DNA of 63,176 bases, filler included, from Intoshia linei (Eukaryota > Animalia > Orthonectida), in the NCBI GenBank assembly GCA_001642005.1. It is 4 parts of 4 records of this genome, joined end to end, with 100 filler letters (N's around TTAATTAATTAA, not from the genome) between each part and the next. Parts side by side here need not be neighbours in the genome. Positions count along the whole stretch, not along the records: positions 22,850 to 52,734 come from LWCA01000375.1; 3 more parts are not named here. One strand, given 5' to 3'. Positions 28,226-41,592 of the stretch are shown piece by piece. The notes under the pieces were generated by a model. It saw only the letters and a program-made list of their open reading frames with translations, had not been told where the DNA came from and did no database searches. Each line of letters starts with the position of its first letter. Positions within the stretch are counted from its first letter, which is position 1. The position numbers and the translations under genes were made by a program.

Positions 28226-31200
28226 TTATTTATCCGAATTTACAATAATTTTTGAAGGAGATTTTTCAATGCATTCGTTTGATATCAAATCAGATTTTTC
28301 CAGCTTTTCAGGCGAATCCACACTAGATGAAGTTGAAGATGGGTAATCTGTGTGAGCATTATGTTCGTGTTTAAGTGCAATATTTTCAGATTCCATTTTT
28401 ATTTTTTTGGTACTGGGTTCATCAAAATCATGGCAATGTCCGTTAACATTAGTCGGTGCATTTAAATCTGTATTCTTGGATTTAAGATAATCTTCAAACA
28501 TTTGTAATTGCGCTTTATTAAACGGAGAAAAAGATTGGGTTTGAAGGATATTTAATAGTTCATTAGGATTCATTTGGTAATTTTGATTAAATTGGTTCAT
28601 TACACTTGGAGATTGGTTCATTAATGGCGGGAAAGGAAACATTCCATTTTGAGGTCGATTGAAACGCATATTTTGATTAAAAAGTGGTGGAAAAGGGAAT
28701 TGTCCCATTGTATTTCCGTTCACTTTATTATGCATGTTGTTCATTATTCTTTTGTACTCTTCAGCTCGAATGCATTTCTTTTTTTGCCTAATTTTTAATT
28801 TTTAAAAATTTCATATATCGTAAATCAAAAAATTGTATTTATTTTGTTTAAGTTAAAATTAAATAATTCATTCACTAGTTCATTTAATTTAGACTACAGA
28901 CCCAAGTTAAAACTGAAATATTAAGATACCATATTATACCATCATATATTATATATATAGTTTATTTTTTTAAGATCTTTTAATAGTGCACCAACATCAT
29001 TACATATACAGGCTAATTCCTTGTTAACGGAATAATTAGTATGAAAAAAATCTAATTACGTTAACGAGAATGTTTTTCCATCAAAATTCCTCGTTAACGG
29101 AATTATTTATAAATAATGTATACATTAAAACAGTGGTTCCCGATTGGGGTTTAAAATCATAAATGGGATCCGTGAGATTCAAATACCATATAGAAAAATT
29201 TTCATCCATTTTTGTTTATTTTTATGGGATAATATTTATTACAGATTTTCTTCCGTTCTGAATTTTTTCCGTTAAATAGGAATTAACCTGTATAATCAAT
29301 CAATAATTACCGACAAGGCTGACACCATTCATAAAGCTTATTTATTCCATATCTGGCTCTGCATTTTTTGAAACATTCTGGAGCTAAATGTATAATGTAT
29401 CACATCTGACATATTTATGATCCATTGTAAAAATGACCCATTAAAAAAAATTTAAAAAAAGTATAAACTTTAAATTAATCATACTGTTATTATTAAAATA
29501 TTAAAATTGGTAAGAGGTAATTAATGTTTGTTTTAGCATAAAGTCTAAAATAATTAATTTATTGTAATTATTCAAAAATTCAATCTTAATTTATTGCTAA
29601 TAAATTAGTTCTTAAATACTTCATAACCGTTTAGATATCAAATTACTTGGTGCACCATTCATATAATTCATATTCTTTTTTCTTTTAGAATGTGTGGCGT
29701 AGTTGTCTCTAGCAGACCATTGTGGATATCTTTTGTTGTGTAAATCCTTTTCTTTTTTGGCAAGAATGTAATATTTTTCTTGTTCTTCTTTACTCAAAGA
29801 ATGCCACTATATAATTTAAAGCTTAATTTAAAACTTAAAAATTACAATGTACAATGTAATTTTAATATTACCTTTCTTCCTAGAATTTGATTAATCGCAG
29901 CAGACTCTTTGAGAGTATGTTCCTCAACAACACTAGATCTATTTTCTTTCATATAAATCATGAATGCGTTTAGTGGTTTCTTGACGTAATTTATATCCTT
30001 TTTGGTTTTTTTAGGTGCCAGTGGTGTGTCATTACGATTAGAAAGATTAAGAGTAGCGATAGGAGAACGCAATTTATCCAGATTGCTTGGGTCCATCATG
30101 TGTAAAAATGCTGGGTTAGAACCACCCATCTGACTTAATGATGGGTTCATCATGGCATCATTCCACATTTTCATGTTATACATGTTTAAATTTGGATTTG
30201 AGTATTGTGCAACTTTTACATCTCCTTAATTTGAATGAAAATAAATAAAAATGTACAATTACCAATATGAGCTGGTGGAGGCTGAATGGAAGGATTGGAA
30301 GAACTGAGTCCATATATTGAAGCCAGTTGATTAGATGATGGAAATTGTGGCATAAAAGGACAACCCGTGCCATTCTAAAATAGAAATTTATTTTTATAAC
30401 CGACAGAGATTAATAATGGACAACGGTTCATGAATAAGTATAAAGAAATCAAAAAAATTGACATGCTAGTTATTTAATGAGACATTATATTCCCCTCCAG
30501 CACATTTTTAATTTAGATGGAAAATATAAATTACATTTAACGACACTTAAATATACATAAATTGAAAATTCAAAGTTAAATTACACTAGCGGTCCATTTA
30601 TTACATGTAAATTTTTGACTAATAAATATATTGGAAAGGCATTTTCACCACATTCTCACGCCTTTTTAGACATTAATTATACATCTGACAGTGTTCGTGA
30701 AAATGCATTAATAAAATTTATATTTATGCTTATTTTTAGTTTTCCGAAAATTAATAAATATAAAATATTCTGTTTAATGTTTAAATACATAATATTAAAT
30801 TTATAACGATTAAAGTTTAAGTTTATAAAATTAATTGGTAAATACATGTAATTGAATTTTTCTTCTTTCAAATTTTTATGAATGGATATTCTTAAAATTA
30901 TAGGACCCCATTAAATATCGACAAATGTAAAAATTTTGATTAATCATATTTAATCAAGTGGAATATTATTTAAATTAATAGGATAAATGTAGTACCAATG
31001 TATATTTTATAACATTCATTTTGTATTAAAAAATTTAAAGTAATTTAAACAAATGGGTTCATACTCTTTACTTTTAGAAACCCGCAGGATCCCAATTGAG
31101 AAAAAAAAACAATAACATAATACTTTTTCTAGTTTATTCGAAAATATACAAAAACCTATAAGTTATAATTCGAAATGTCGGTTTCATCTATATTTTAAAA

Positions 31201-34200
31201 ATTTAATGTATTTTTTATTTTTGCTCAATGAGCATTGCTCGTAATATTAATTCACTTACATTAGATCTCTTTATTTGTATTTAGGTTAATTATTATTATT
31301 AGGAGTAATTATTATTTAAATAGTTATATAAAAATAAAATTTTCAAATCCCGTTGGACAACTAAACATTCCAAGACATAGATGTAATTATATAGTGTTCA
31401 TTTGATTGTATCAAAGAGCGATTATCTCATTAAATGTTTAACGTTGTTGAAGTATGCGTCACTAGTTTCAAATCAATATAATGTACGTTATTGTTTATGT
31501 ATTTACAAAAACGTCTCATTTGAAGTGGTTATGTCAAGTCCATTAATAAATAATAATTATTTAAAAGAATATTCTTAAACCCAACCATTTTTACTAAAAA
31601 TCCACTTTTAGCAACCTTAAAAGGAAAATTTCAATTTTTCCAATTCTTAAGTAGTGTGGCCAGAAAAAAAACGTAGTATCTATTTTAGTTTATTTGATGA
31701 TAAATGTCTAACTATAAAACCAAAACTACTTATCTATGATAACGAATAAAAATTATTCCTAATAAACTAAAAGTGATCTTTTTTTCTGGCTTCACTACCT
31801 TAATTGAAAAACCAACTTTTCAAACCTATTTAGGGAAAAATCCACTTTTATAAATCCTTAGGTGACAATTTCAATTTTGCCAGTCCTTAAATCAAAATCC
31901 AGTTTTACCAACCCTATAATAAAAAAATCAGTTTTACATACCCTTAAGTGAAAATTACTATTTACCAACCCTTAAGAGAAAATTCGACTTTTACAAAACC
32001 TTAAAGAAAAATCCAATTTTACCAACCCTTAAGGGAAAATTCAATTTTTAGCAACTATATGTATTACATGCTATTCTAAAACACGCTCTTTTCATTTTAA
32101 GTATTGAATTAGACTGCTTTATGCAAACACGACATTCAATTTAGTTTACAAAATTATAATTTTTAAGGCAAATTTTTTTCAATAGATAAAATGTTATTAC
32201 TTTCACCCTTATTGAATTGAAAAACTGTATATTTTATGTACTGTGTATTATATGGGTTACTGTGAATTTATATAAATGTATAATTACTTAAGATTTATAA
32301 AATTGCATAAACTATTTCATAAAAGATGAAAAATATTCCACTTTAAAAAATAAAAATTTAAATGATACGTAACTAAACCTTGTTTACTCATGGAATCTAT
32401 TTCTTTTGATTTTTTTCTTATCAACAGATAATAAATTAAATTTTCTCAACCGGGGTAGCGACCGTTAAGGGTCGCAAAATTTCTCAGGTAGATTGTTTGA
32501 TTGTTTAGTTTTATTTTTTGTAAGGTATATTCATTTTATTACAATTATGGAACAATTCTTATTTTGCAGTCAACTCTTTACAAATAAAAAACAATGGATA
32601 AAAAATGTATAAAAAAATATATGATTTTTTATTGAAGGAAATTTAAATTGGAACAATATATGTGGTGTTTATAATGATGGTACACCAGTTATGCTTCGAT
32701 CCAAAACTAAGTTTCAGGTAAAAAAAAAGAAAAAGTTCCTGGTGTTAAAAGGACAAATTTCTCATTAATTTTATATTTTTAATCATTAGAAATAATTTTT
32801 TTAAGATTCAAAAGGTTTCAAAATTATGAAAAGTATGTAATATAATAAATTAATGTGTGTTACCGTTTATTTAAAAAACCCACTTGCTAATACAATTTTT
32901 CAAGAGTGATGCATCATTGCAAATTTTATTTTCAGAAATTGAGTTCCTCACGATAAAAGATCAATTTAATTTTTTTAAAAATAAAATCAGCGCTAATATT
33001 TAAAAAAGCATATATTATGGAAAACATTAAACTCGTCACCATTGGCGTAAAATAATCTTGAATCTTAATATTTAAAAGCCTAAATTAACCTTGTTTTCAT
33101 AAATGAAAAAAGTCCTAAATTTTTATAAAATGACCACCATTATATAAAAATTCAAAATAATAACTAAATTTTAAATTACTGAAATTGTTTAAATAATTTA
33201 TTTTTGTCATTATAATTTATAACGAAAAAACATTAAAAATGTAAAATAAATTGGTCTTAAAAATGATTGAAATTCCACCTGAAAAATAACGGTAAAACAA
33301 AAACATTACACAAAGGAATTGTCAATAAAGAATAAGTATCCCACAAAGATAAAAGAGATAAAATTGGTTAAGCGCGAACACAACAATTCAAATGGTTAAT
33401 GCTTATCTGACGATTGAGTATATAATTAAGATAAGATTATTTACATTTAAAATTAAAATTTTTGTCATCAAATACCATACTAAAAACGATACAGTATAGA
33501 AAATTTATAAAGACAGACAAGTGAAAACTGACAAATTGTGGAATAATTATTCTTATTGTAAAGTGTTACGTATAAGGATAAAAAAGTAAAATCAAGTCAA
33601 AGTGTAAAGTCCACATTATTTATGCGTCAATTATCAGTGTCTTTTATATATCTGCCAATAGTATGCATCATCGATTCTTTATAAAGGAATCGAAAATTTT
33701 AAAATATCAGTCAATCTGCCACATTCAATTCAATCAAAAAATAAATAAATCTAATATACTTGTATCTCAATAATTCAAAAGTGCAACTTTAATAAATTTG
33801 TAAATAAGTATCATAAATAAATCAATTTCTCATACTGTTAACAAGCTATTTTTACATATTCATGACAAAAATGGACATTGAATTGACTAGTAAATAATCA
33901 AATAAATACCATTGGCGGTAAAGGTAAATTGTATTGAGAGAAATTGGGCAAAAACATGTTATTTTTGCTTGCAAATGACCCGTTTTGTGAACCAATCTTT
34001 GGCAATGAGATTGGTGGTAATTTTGATTTAGCATTATGGTTAGCAGAATCTAAAAGTTGATGCATTATAAAATAAACTAAAATAACGCCAATAATAATTG
34101 GCGCCAATTTAAAAATCTGCAACAGGTAATCTTAGGATAAACTTTGAGTTTATAAATTTACATACATTGACGCAATTTTACAAGATTTTTAAAATACAGC

Positions 34201-35348
34201 TGATTTCATTCAGTAGAAGGTTATTACTAAAACGAAGAAAACCAAACAAGATAGATTGCAAATTGCAATCACCCGTAGAGAATAGTAAGATTAGATCAAT
34301 TTAATTTAAAACATTTTTCTAATGTTTCAAAGAATAACAGCATGACCAACTATGTTTGTTTCCGATTCCCATGTTATGAATTATTGATCAATTCAATTTT
34401 AAACCTTAAGAAAAATGAATTTATATCATGAAAGGGGCGGTGAAAAGATAGTTTCGTGGATAAAAACACAAGTGATAATTAAATATTCGATTGAATTAAA
34501 TTAGATGTTGATTTTTCCAAATTGGATTTGATGAAATATAAAAGCTGTTTGAATTAGCCACAATGGAATCACAGGACGTAATTAAATATGGGCTCAAGTG
34601 GTAATCGAGAAGTGACACTTTTATTAAATTACAATGAAGATTAATGGAAAAGATTGAATGAATACAATTCAGATTAGTAACACAGTCGGTCATTGTATTG
34701 ATTAAAACTAAACTATAGGTCCAATATGTACAAACTTTGAATGCGGCATTATGAATGAAATGTTGATTTAAATTTTAAAATGACGTCAGTTGGTAAGTGA
34801 AATCGAAAACGCGATTAAAATTGAAATTTAATACAACCGTACAGTTGTGCCTTATAGTAAAGTAATTCGACGTGGAATTAATTTTATACTGAGTAAATCT
34901 GAACGGCCACAAGAGATTATGTTTCATTGTTTGCATAGTATCAACTTTTCAATAAATGCATGCATTATGAATTTCCATGCATTAAAGATAAAATAACGAT
35001 TAGTGTCACATGTCAGACTAACAATCATAATTTGAAATCTTGAAATTTTGAAATGCAAAATTTGTACAAAATTAAGTTTAAATTAAAATTGAAAATTACC
35101 AGATATATTTTTGGAAATAAGCTGACTAATGTTGTAAACGTTGCTTTTTTCCTAAATACATTATAGTTCCTCTAGATTAAAATAACCTTTTTGCGATTTT
35201 CAGTTTCTGATAGCAAACCAATTTTATCTTCAGATAAATTTTCCGCCAGAGGAGAAAATTTACCTTCATCTTCACCGCCACCTTCGTGTTTATAAACTTT
35301 GATTTCATCTTTTGAAGCTAAATCTATTTCGGATACAGGTTCCGTCAT
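28226..35348 (-). CDS. TCF: TCF/LEF (pangolin) HMG-box transcription factor with beta-catenin-binding domain and C-clamp
   Basis: Exon 1 (35348-35187) [28 protein letters not shown]; a Pro-rich exon at ~34056-33910; PPPAH at ~30270; HMG box [30 protein letters not shown]|[23 protein letters not shown]; C-clamp [14 protein letters not shown]|QKKKCIR. Some middle exons are uncertain. Confidence 0.95.
29009..29290. mobile_element. Tc1/mariner(pogo)-type MITE in TCF intron
   Basis: TA|CAGGCTAATTCCTTGTTAACGGAA ... TTCCGTTAAATAGGAATTAACCTG|TA; contains a hAT-end fragment (CAGTGGTTCCCG, 29131). Confidence 0.8.
31560..32060. repeat. Degenerate ~30-bp minisatellite (AAAATCCACTTTTACCAACCCTTAAGG), with a MITE inserted at 31652-31797
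   Basis: More than ten imperfect units; the same unit occurs at ~26930-27060, ~53700-53760 and ~60030-60600. Confidence 0.75.
32440..32760 (+). mobile_element. Buster-type hAT transposase remnant in TCF intron
   Basis: [22 protein letters not shown] resembles the Buster/ZBED CxDGAPAMLG..GF motif; degenerate end TTCTCAACCGGGG at ~32443. Confidence 0.55.
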
Positions 35349-35364
35349 AATTATTGACAAGAAT

Positions 35365-35585
35365 TCACTTTGATTGAAAATATATTCTTTGATGTGAATA
35401 CGCCGTTACAAATTCGTTAATGAGGAATTGTGTATTCTAAAATTGTGTCGCCTAATAAAACCTTATGATCAAAGCGTATAAAAGTCGGCCAATCAATAGT
35501 TTATTGCAGTCGCATATCAAGCTCTAAATTTTATGTCTTATGCACCAAGAAAGTGATTACAATACACCATGACCACGCCTATTTC
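35365..35585 (-). promoter_or_regulatory. TCF 5' region with three TCF/LEF core sites, GCCG helper-like motifs and a CCAAT box
   Basis: CTTTGAT 35368-35374, CTTTGATG 35387-35394, GATCAAAG 35467-35474; GCCG 35402-35405, CGGC 35486-35489; CCAAT 35489-35493; CCACGCC at ~35573. Confidence 0.55.
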
Positions 35586-35898
35586 TATTGTTAAACTAGC
35601 ACTATCAAACAAGTATGATAAAAACCGACAATTTTTTGTTTAGAAACCAGCCGAGTGTCGATAAGTACAAAATATTTGTGACGTTGGCCAAATGTTACAA
35701 TTTTGTATCCATGTTACCACAATTGATGCTTATCTATTTTGTTTAAAATTCAGTACGATCTTTATCGGCATTAATTTAACAGCGGTAGTTGTTTTATTTC
35801 AAAAGTCTACTGTATAATTATATTTCAGCACGAACAGTAATTTAATTAAATATTATACTTGATGACCCCAAAACATTAACGTAAGATGTTGAGTTTAT

Positions 35899-38800
35899 TT
35901 AAATACAATATATTACAATTATGCGTCTTTCATGTTATTGTCGATTCCATACAAGTTTAATGTCCTATCCAAACTTACACTATACACACGATTTGAATTT
36001 AACCCGAATCGTGCCGATGTGACCAATTCTGAGTGGTTTTCGAAACTGTTTATCATTTCCCAATGTTTTGAACTGTACAATCTAATTTGAAATTAAGTTT
36101 TATAAATTATATTGAGAAATTGAATGGTTCACATTTATGGTAATATTTAATATAGGATAACCTCGCTTTGGTGCACTTAACGACTCAAAATCGGGGTGCT
36201 CATAAACCGATATTAATAAAAGTCAAGTTGTTATTTTTTTAATAAATTAATTAGTAATTACAATATGGTACTACAAGATTATCAATGTTGATATAGAAAT
36301 TAAAGGAAAAAAATTTGAAATCGACTTTGATAGATGTTGGTAGTGTCGAACCTACCATACACAGGGACGTGGAGAGCCACCAGTAGGCCCTGTAAAAATT
36401 TTATAAAAAATGTGACCTCTACATTGTTTAATCGATCATTCACTATCTAAAAATTAAAAATAACACTTGGAAATCTCATAGGTCATCGAAATAGGGTATA
36501 CTTAACATAATAATATAATATAATATATTATTAATAATTATTATTAATATATTAGTATATTAATATGGCCCTAGCCCTCTTTTCACGACCCTGACCGTAC
36601 CTAAAACTCCTTGGGGCCTTAAACCCGGGACCTTGACCAAATTTTTATAAAATAGGTCATATTTATTCCAAATTGAGCATTAAATATTTTTTGTGTTAAA
36701 ATTTAACTTAAATAGAAAACGTCAAGTTAAGCCTTAGGTTGATGGCTAGGGGTATACGACATCCGCTCGTGTTTGAAAGTTTTTAAAGGGCCAAAATAAT
36801 TTTTAATATATTATCAACCAATATTTTTCAAATATTTCAATTAAAATAAAAATGAAAATGCAAATTGATCCTACAATTTTAAAAATAAAGTGCAATTTGT
36901 AGCCATATACATTTCCAATATAGAAATATAGATAAACTACTGTATTTATTATTGATTATTTATTGAATTTAAAATATTTAAAACTTAAACTTTAAATTAA
37001 ATTTTAATTTTGTAGTTATAATAATAGGTTTTTCTTCATCACGATTTGATATTGATTGACTATTGACACTGACTAACTCAATATGTGAAAATAAAACTTA
37101 TCTAACGAAAAATAGTATTAAAAATTAGATTTTTTGTTTGAAATTGATAATTAATTTTTAAGCGATAGTAAGCAAATATAAAGATAAAATTATTCAAATA
37201 AACGATAACACACAGACAGACAAACAAAAAGTTTTATATAAGTAAGCATACCAAACCCTGTCGTTAGAAAATAAAGTAATGAGATTTTCTCTTAAATTTT
37301 TTAGTTACATGAAGGTCAAAAAGTTAAAAATAAGTTTTCTTAAATCAAATTGAACCATATTAATCTATTAAGATATTTCAAACATATACCTTAAATCGGT
37401 TCCAGCAACACATAAATAACAACCACTTTTATCAAAACTAATATCGTTTATCTAAAATAGAATGAATTGCATTTAAAAACAATAAACAGTGTAATCCAGT
37501 TGAGGTTTGTTTAAATTGATTGATTTAAAGTTCTTAAGTTTCCTTAAATCCCATAATTTCAATATACCATCATGTGTAGCTGAAGCAAGGTAATAACCTA
37601 AAACAAGAATTACTAAAATATTAAAAAAATAAAAGTGCAAACGCAATCAACAATCATATCAAATTCAAAATACTAATTAGTAATTACAATGCATTGTAAT
37701 TAAATTATAATACCGTTTTCTGAAAATGAAAGACTAATAACGCTTCCAGTGTGACCCTCAAAGGAGGCAACATTTTCATTTTGCTTTAAATCCCAGATTT
37801 CAATAATTGAATCTTTTCTTCCAATACCAAAAATCAAACCATCCGGATGAAATTCAGCAGAATATTGAGCTAAACAGAGATCATTTTTTGAAATATTAAA
37901 AAAAACGTATTTTTCTATTTGATTTTGATTTTGTTACAATTTTTCCAATATTTATATCTGAGAAAGCCCACATCTAAAAAAATATACACGGAATTATAAA
38001 GTACATACTCCATCTTCCGATGAACTAATAATGTGGTTTTCTATTGCATGCATAGAAATCCCAGTGACACCAGCGTCATGAGCCTTTAGTGTATAATTGC
38101 AAGAACTATTTGGAATGTCCCAAACTTTGATACGGCCATCCAAACTTGCTGAAACGACATTTGCCTAGATGATAATAATTGTAAAAATTATTAAAAAATA
38201 TTACAATACCTCATTGTTGTGATATATAACATTGGTAATTTTCTTAGTGTGCCCTTTAAAGTTTGAAATGATACTTTCTTCTTTGTTATCAAATACAATA
38301 ACGTTTTTATCTTTACCGCCTATATTTTATCAATCAATAGTTTAAATTAAACTTACCAGTTACAACTCGACTGTCATTTTTAAGGCAAACATCCAAACAA
38401 GATATACCCGGTAGACTGGCACTATGCAAACCCTAAAGTTAAATTTTTATAAACCATTTAACAATGTAAATAAAAATAAAATAAATTCAAATTTACCGAG
38501 TTGGATTTTAGTATTTCATAAGTTCTAACGTCCACGGGCTTTGCAACATGATCTGGAATTGATTTTCCACGTTTCTTACGTTCTGCTGTCAGCGATTTCG
38601 AAAACAATTGAATCTAATAAATAATAACACTAGCATTCTTTTATTAACCTCATTCAATAATTCATCTGACATGCCAATTTCCTCAGATATTTCGTTGGCA
38701 TATACAACATCCTTCATTGATTCTCCGTCTCTTAATTTATTCCCATACTAAATTTACAAATTAAAACGTTTGATTCAATTTTTACTTGTGAAGATTCATT

Positions 38801-39948
38801 CTGAATAAGACCAGATTGTTGTGGTTTTAATACAGCCAAAGCTAAATTAAAAATAAAAAATAAATCATAAAATTAAACCTTCTCTGACAGCAGTAAGTTC
38901 TTTTGTTAGTCTGGCAATGACACGACACGCAGCGTCGTGTTGATAAAGAGTATGAGTCAACTCTAATATTGGTTTATAAATAAAAACGTTCATAAAGTTA
39001 AAGTACCTTGACGAGTGGTATTTAATTGATGTCTTAAGGAAAATGTGTGCAACATGAGTGAATCCTAAATAAATTGAAAAAAATATACGATAATCTTCAA
39101 TATTCAAACAATACAGTATACTCCCTACAATTTCCCCCAACATTAATTGAAAAGTTATTATTAATTGGGAGCCAAAAAAAGGTGGAACCTACCAAACTCG
39201 AGGCCACAGAAAATGAAAAATAGGCCCTAAATGTTTTTTACAAACAATGCAGTGTCATTTTAGCTTGACATTTAAAATTTAATACACAAAATAGTTGATA
39301 TTCAAAAATATTTTTTTCAATGCTTAATTTGGAAAAATGATTCCGCCATTATACCAAAATTTCGTCCGTACCCAAGAAGGTCTTGTGTATTTAAAAAATA
39401 TGAAACAATTTTTAAAAATGAACATGGTATAATATATCGTTTCTATGGTTATATTTTATATATTATTCTAAAATTAAGTAGAGTAACTTGATTCAACATT
39501 GGCGAACTAGAAATAATACTGCAAATACAAAAACTTTAAATAATTTTAATAAAATTCATTTATCTTGTCAATTTTTAAAAATTACCCATTCGTCTTGCTG
39601 ACACTTTAAAATTGATGGTATGCTGCTAAAATTTGCTGGACGAGGTCTGACAATATTGGAAACTAATTTTGAATAAAAAAAATTTGGTAAAAATAAAATT
39701 GAATCAATAATTGAATTAACCTTTCATAGATATTAAATCGTCTGGTAGCAAGGTATCTCCTGAAATGGGGTCTGTTCCATTTTCTGTTATGAATTTTTCA
39801 ATTAATCGTTTCTCAAAAATGCATCCAGATTTCGTTGAAATGACCGGTACTTCTGGTACTTCATTGCTAACTAAAATATTTTTAATATAATTCTTTCAAA
39901 TTAACATTAAAAAGATTTTTATATATTACTTGAACACACTAGCGACAT
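35899..39948 (-). CDS. PRPF19: Pre-mRNA processing factor 19 (U-box, coiled coil, WD40)
   Basis: MSLVCS|[27 protein letters not shown]; PSILKVCQDEW|DSLMLHTF; [19 protein letters not shown]; [10 protein letters not shown]; WD40 repeats ([23 protein letters not shown]); last exon ..[11 protein letters not shown]. Confidence 0.95.
36362..36593. mobile_element. hAT-type MITE in last PRP19 intron
   Basis: CAGGGACGTGGAGAG / CTCTTTTCACGACCCTG TIRs; flanks ACCATACA / ACCGTACC resemble a degenerate 8-bp TSD. Confidence 0.65.
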
Positions 39949-40239
39949 TTTACTTTAATTTTAACTTTAAAAATGTTAAATATAAATTAAACTTCTTTTT
40001 AAATGTTACCGTGGTTTTGAATGTATTTTATTATAGATATGATAACAATACAAACGTGGTAATAAACAAAATCGACTTTGTACAAAACTATAGATTTTAG
40101 AAAATGTAAAAAAACAACTTGTGAGACAGAAACCAATATTTTTGTATTTTAAATACATTTTATATTATTTTAACAAGGCTAATAATTTTTTTTTAAATTA
40201 TTGGATGAATGTTTAAATTTTTATTTTTGAAAAATTTAA

Positions 40240-41030
40240 AAAATATTTGTTGATAATACTGCTAATTTTACCAACATTGCAAATAATTGTAATAAATACA
40301 AAAATGATAACAACAAAGTTATACTATAGTTGCTGTAATTTTAAAATAAATTTCGTTACATTTTTTGAAAATGAGTATTTGAGAATCAAAAATTGCGTAG
40401 CAATGAAAAAAAATCAGAAGGAATCAGTTATATAGATTTCCACCCATATTTTTTTATTGGAAATGTGTAGACGTTCAATGCACATTTTTTTTAAAAATGT
40501 AGGATGATTATTTTCTTTTTTAGTTTAATCCAACATTTGAAAAATATTGGTTGATAATATATTAAAAATCATTCTTCACCGGAAATGCGTAGATTTCTGG
40601 AGTTGAAATTTTGTATTTATATCAAATGGAATAAGCTCTATCAGAATAATCTTCTTTTTTTAATTGTAGGACCTTTAAACTATTCCACAATTTATGTTTT
40701 GTAAAATTTTAGGACATGTTTCATTTTTAAAACAAAGGGTAGTTTGTGATTTTAAATATGAAATTATGCGTTTCTAAAGCTGAAATTAACGACAATGTTA
40801 ATTATTTTAAAACGCGTTCCAAAATGTATGTTTTATTAAATTGTTGGATTGATTTGTTTTTTAAACATACGGGAAAATTGAGTTTTTAACTCTGAAGGAC
40901 TCTAATTTTGAAACTGAAAAATAGATAAAAACACGTCCTAGGAAAAACTATATTAAAAATTGGGTTTGTTTAAATTCTACAACTGTCCACTTTTTAACAC
41001 ACACATACATTAATTTTTATAGAAGTAAAG
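40240..41030 (-). repeat. Helitron-like family copy
   Basis: Same internal blocks as 46359-47636 in reverse; the 5' end is degenerate near 41030. Confidence 0.7.
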
Positions 41031-41092
41031 ATATATAAAAATAACATCGTAGTTTGTAATTAATGTGATTTAATGTTTTTGTTTGTTATCAT

Positions 41093-41592
41093 TAAGGCAA
41101 GCAAAAGTCAGAAAAGTTAAAATTTGATATGTTAAATAGTTTAATATTTTCACCATGATGGCACTAATATCGTTAATATTAATTGGCTAATTAAAATTTT
41201 TTACAAATGTTAGAATTTTTTTAAAAGTTCATAATATTTTAAGAATATTTCCAAATAAATTTAAAATGAAGGCCGGCAGTTTAATTTGTATCAAATGCAA
41301 TTATGATGTCTCATTTGAGAAATTATATGATGTCCAGAGTCATAGGTCGTCTGTTAAACACAAATCATTAACTTTGAATGATACTACTCCAATCCGTAAA
41401 TATTGCAAATTAAAAAGTGATTTTGCTATTGACATAGTAGAACTTTCTGCCTCGTTAGACCTTATACAAGTTAAACAACAAAAACTTAAAGGAATTTTTT
41501 ACCAACATGGGCAAATCGCTATCATCTGAAAAGAATTGTCGTGGTAAAATCGACCAGGTATATTTGAAAGAAATTGAAAGGATAAAATCGTG
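41093..41592 (+). mobile_element. CGGBP1-like hAT, 5' part (copy 3) with BED-type zinc-finger fragment
   Basis: TAAGGCAAGCAAAAG terminus; LICIKCNYDV..QSHRSSVKH (CxxC..H..H), then DFAIDIVE..LYKLNNKNLKEFF; homologous to copy 2. Confidence 0.75.

Noticed and set aside
34496-34693. 65-aa ORF in TCF intron 1 as an extra exon or gene
   Set aside because: No recognisable motif and no convincing phase-compatible splice pair.
35477-35483. TATAAAA as the TCF TATA box
   Set aside because: It is on the + strand, opposite to TCF, and the motif is common in AT-rich DNA.
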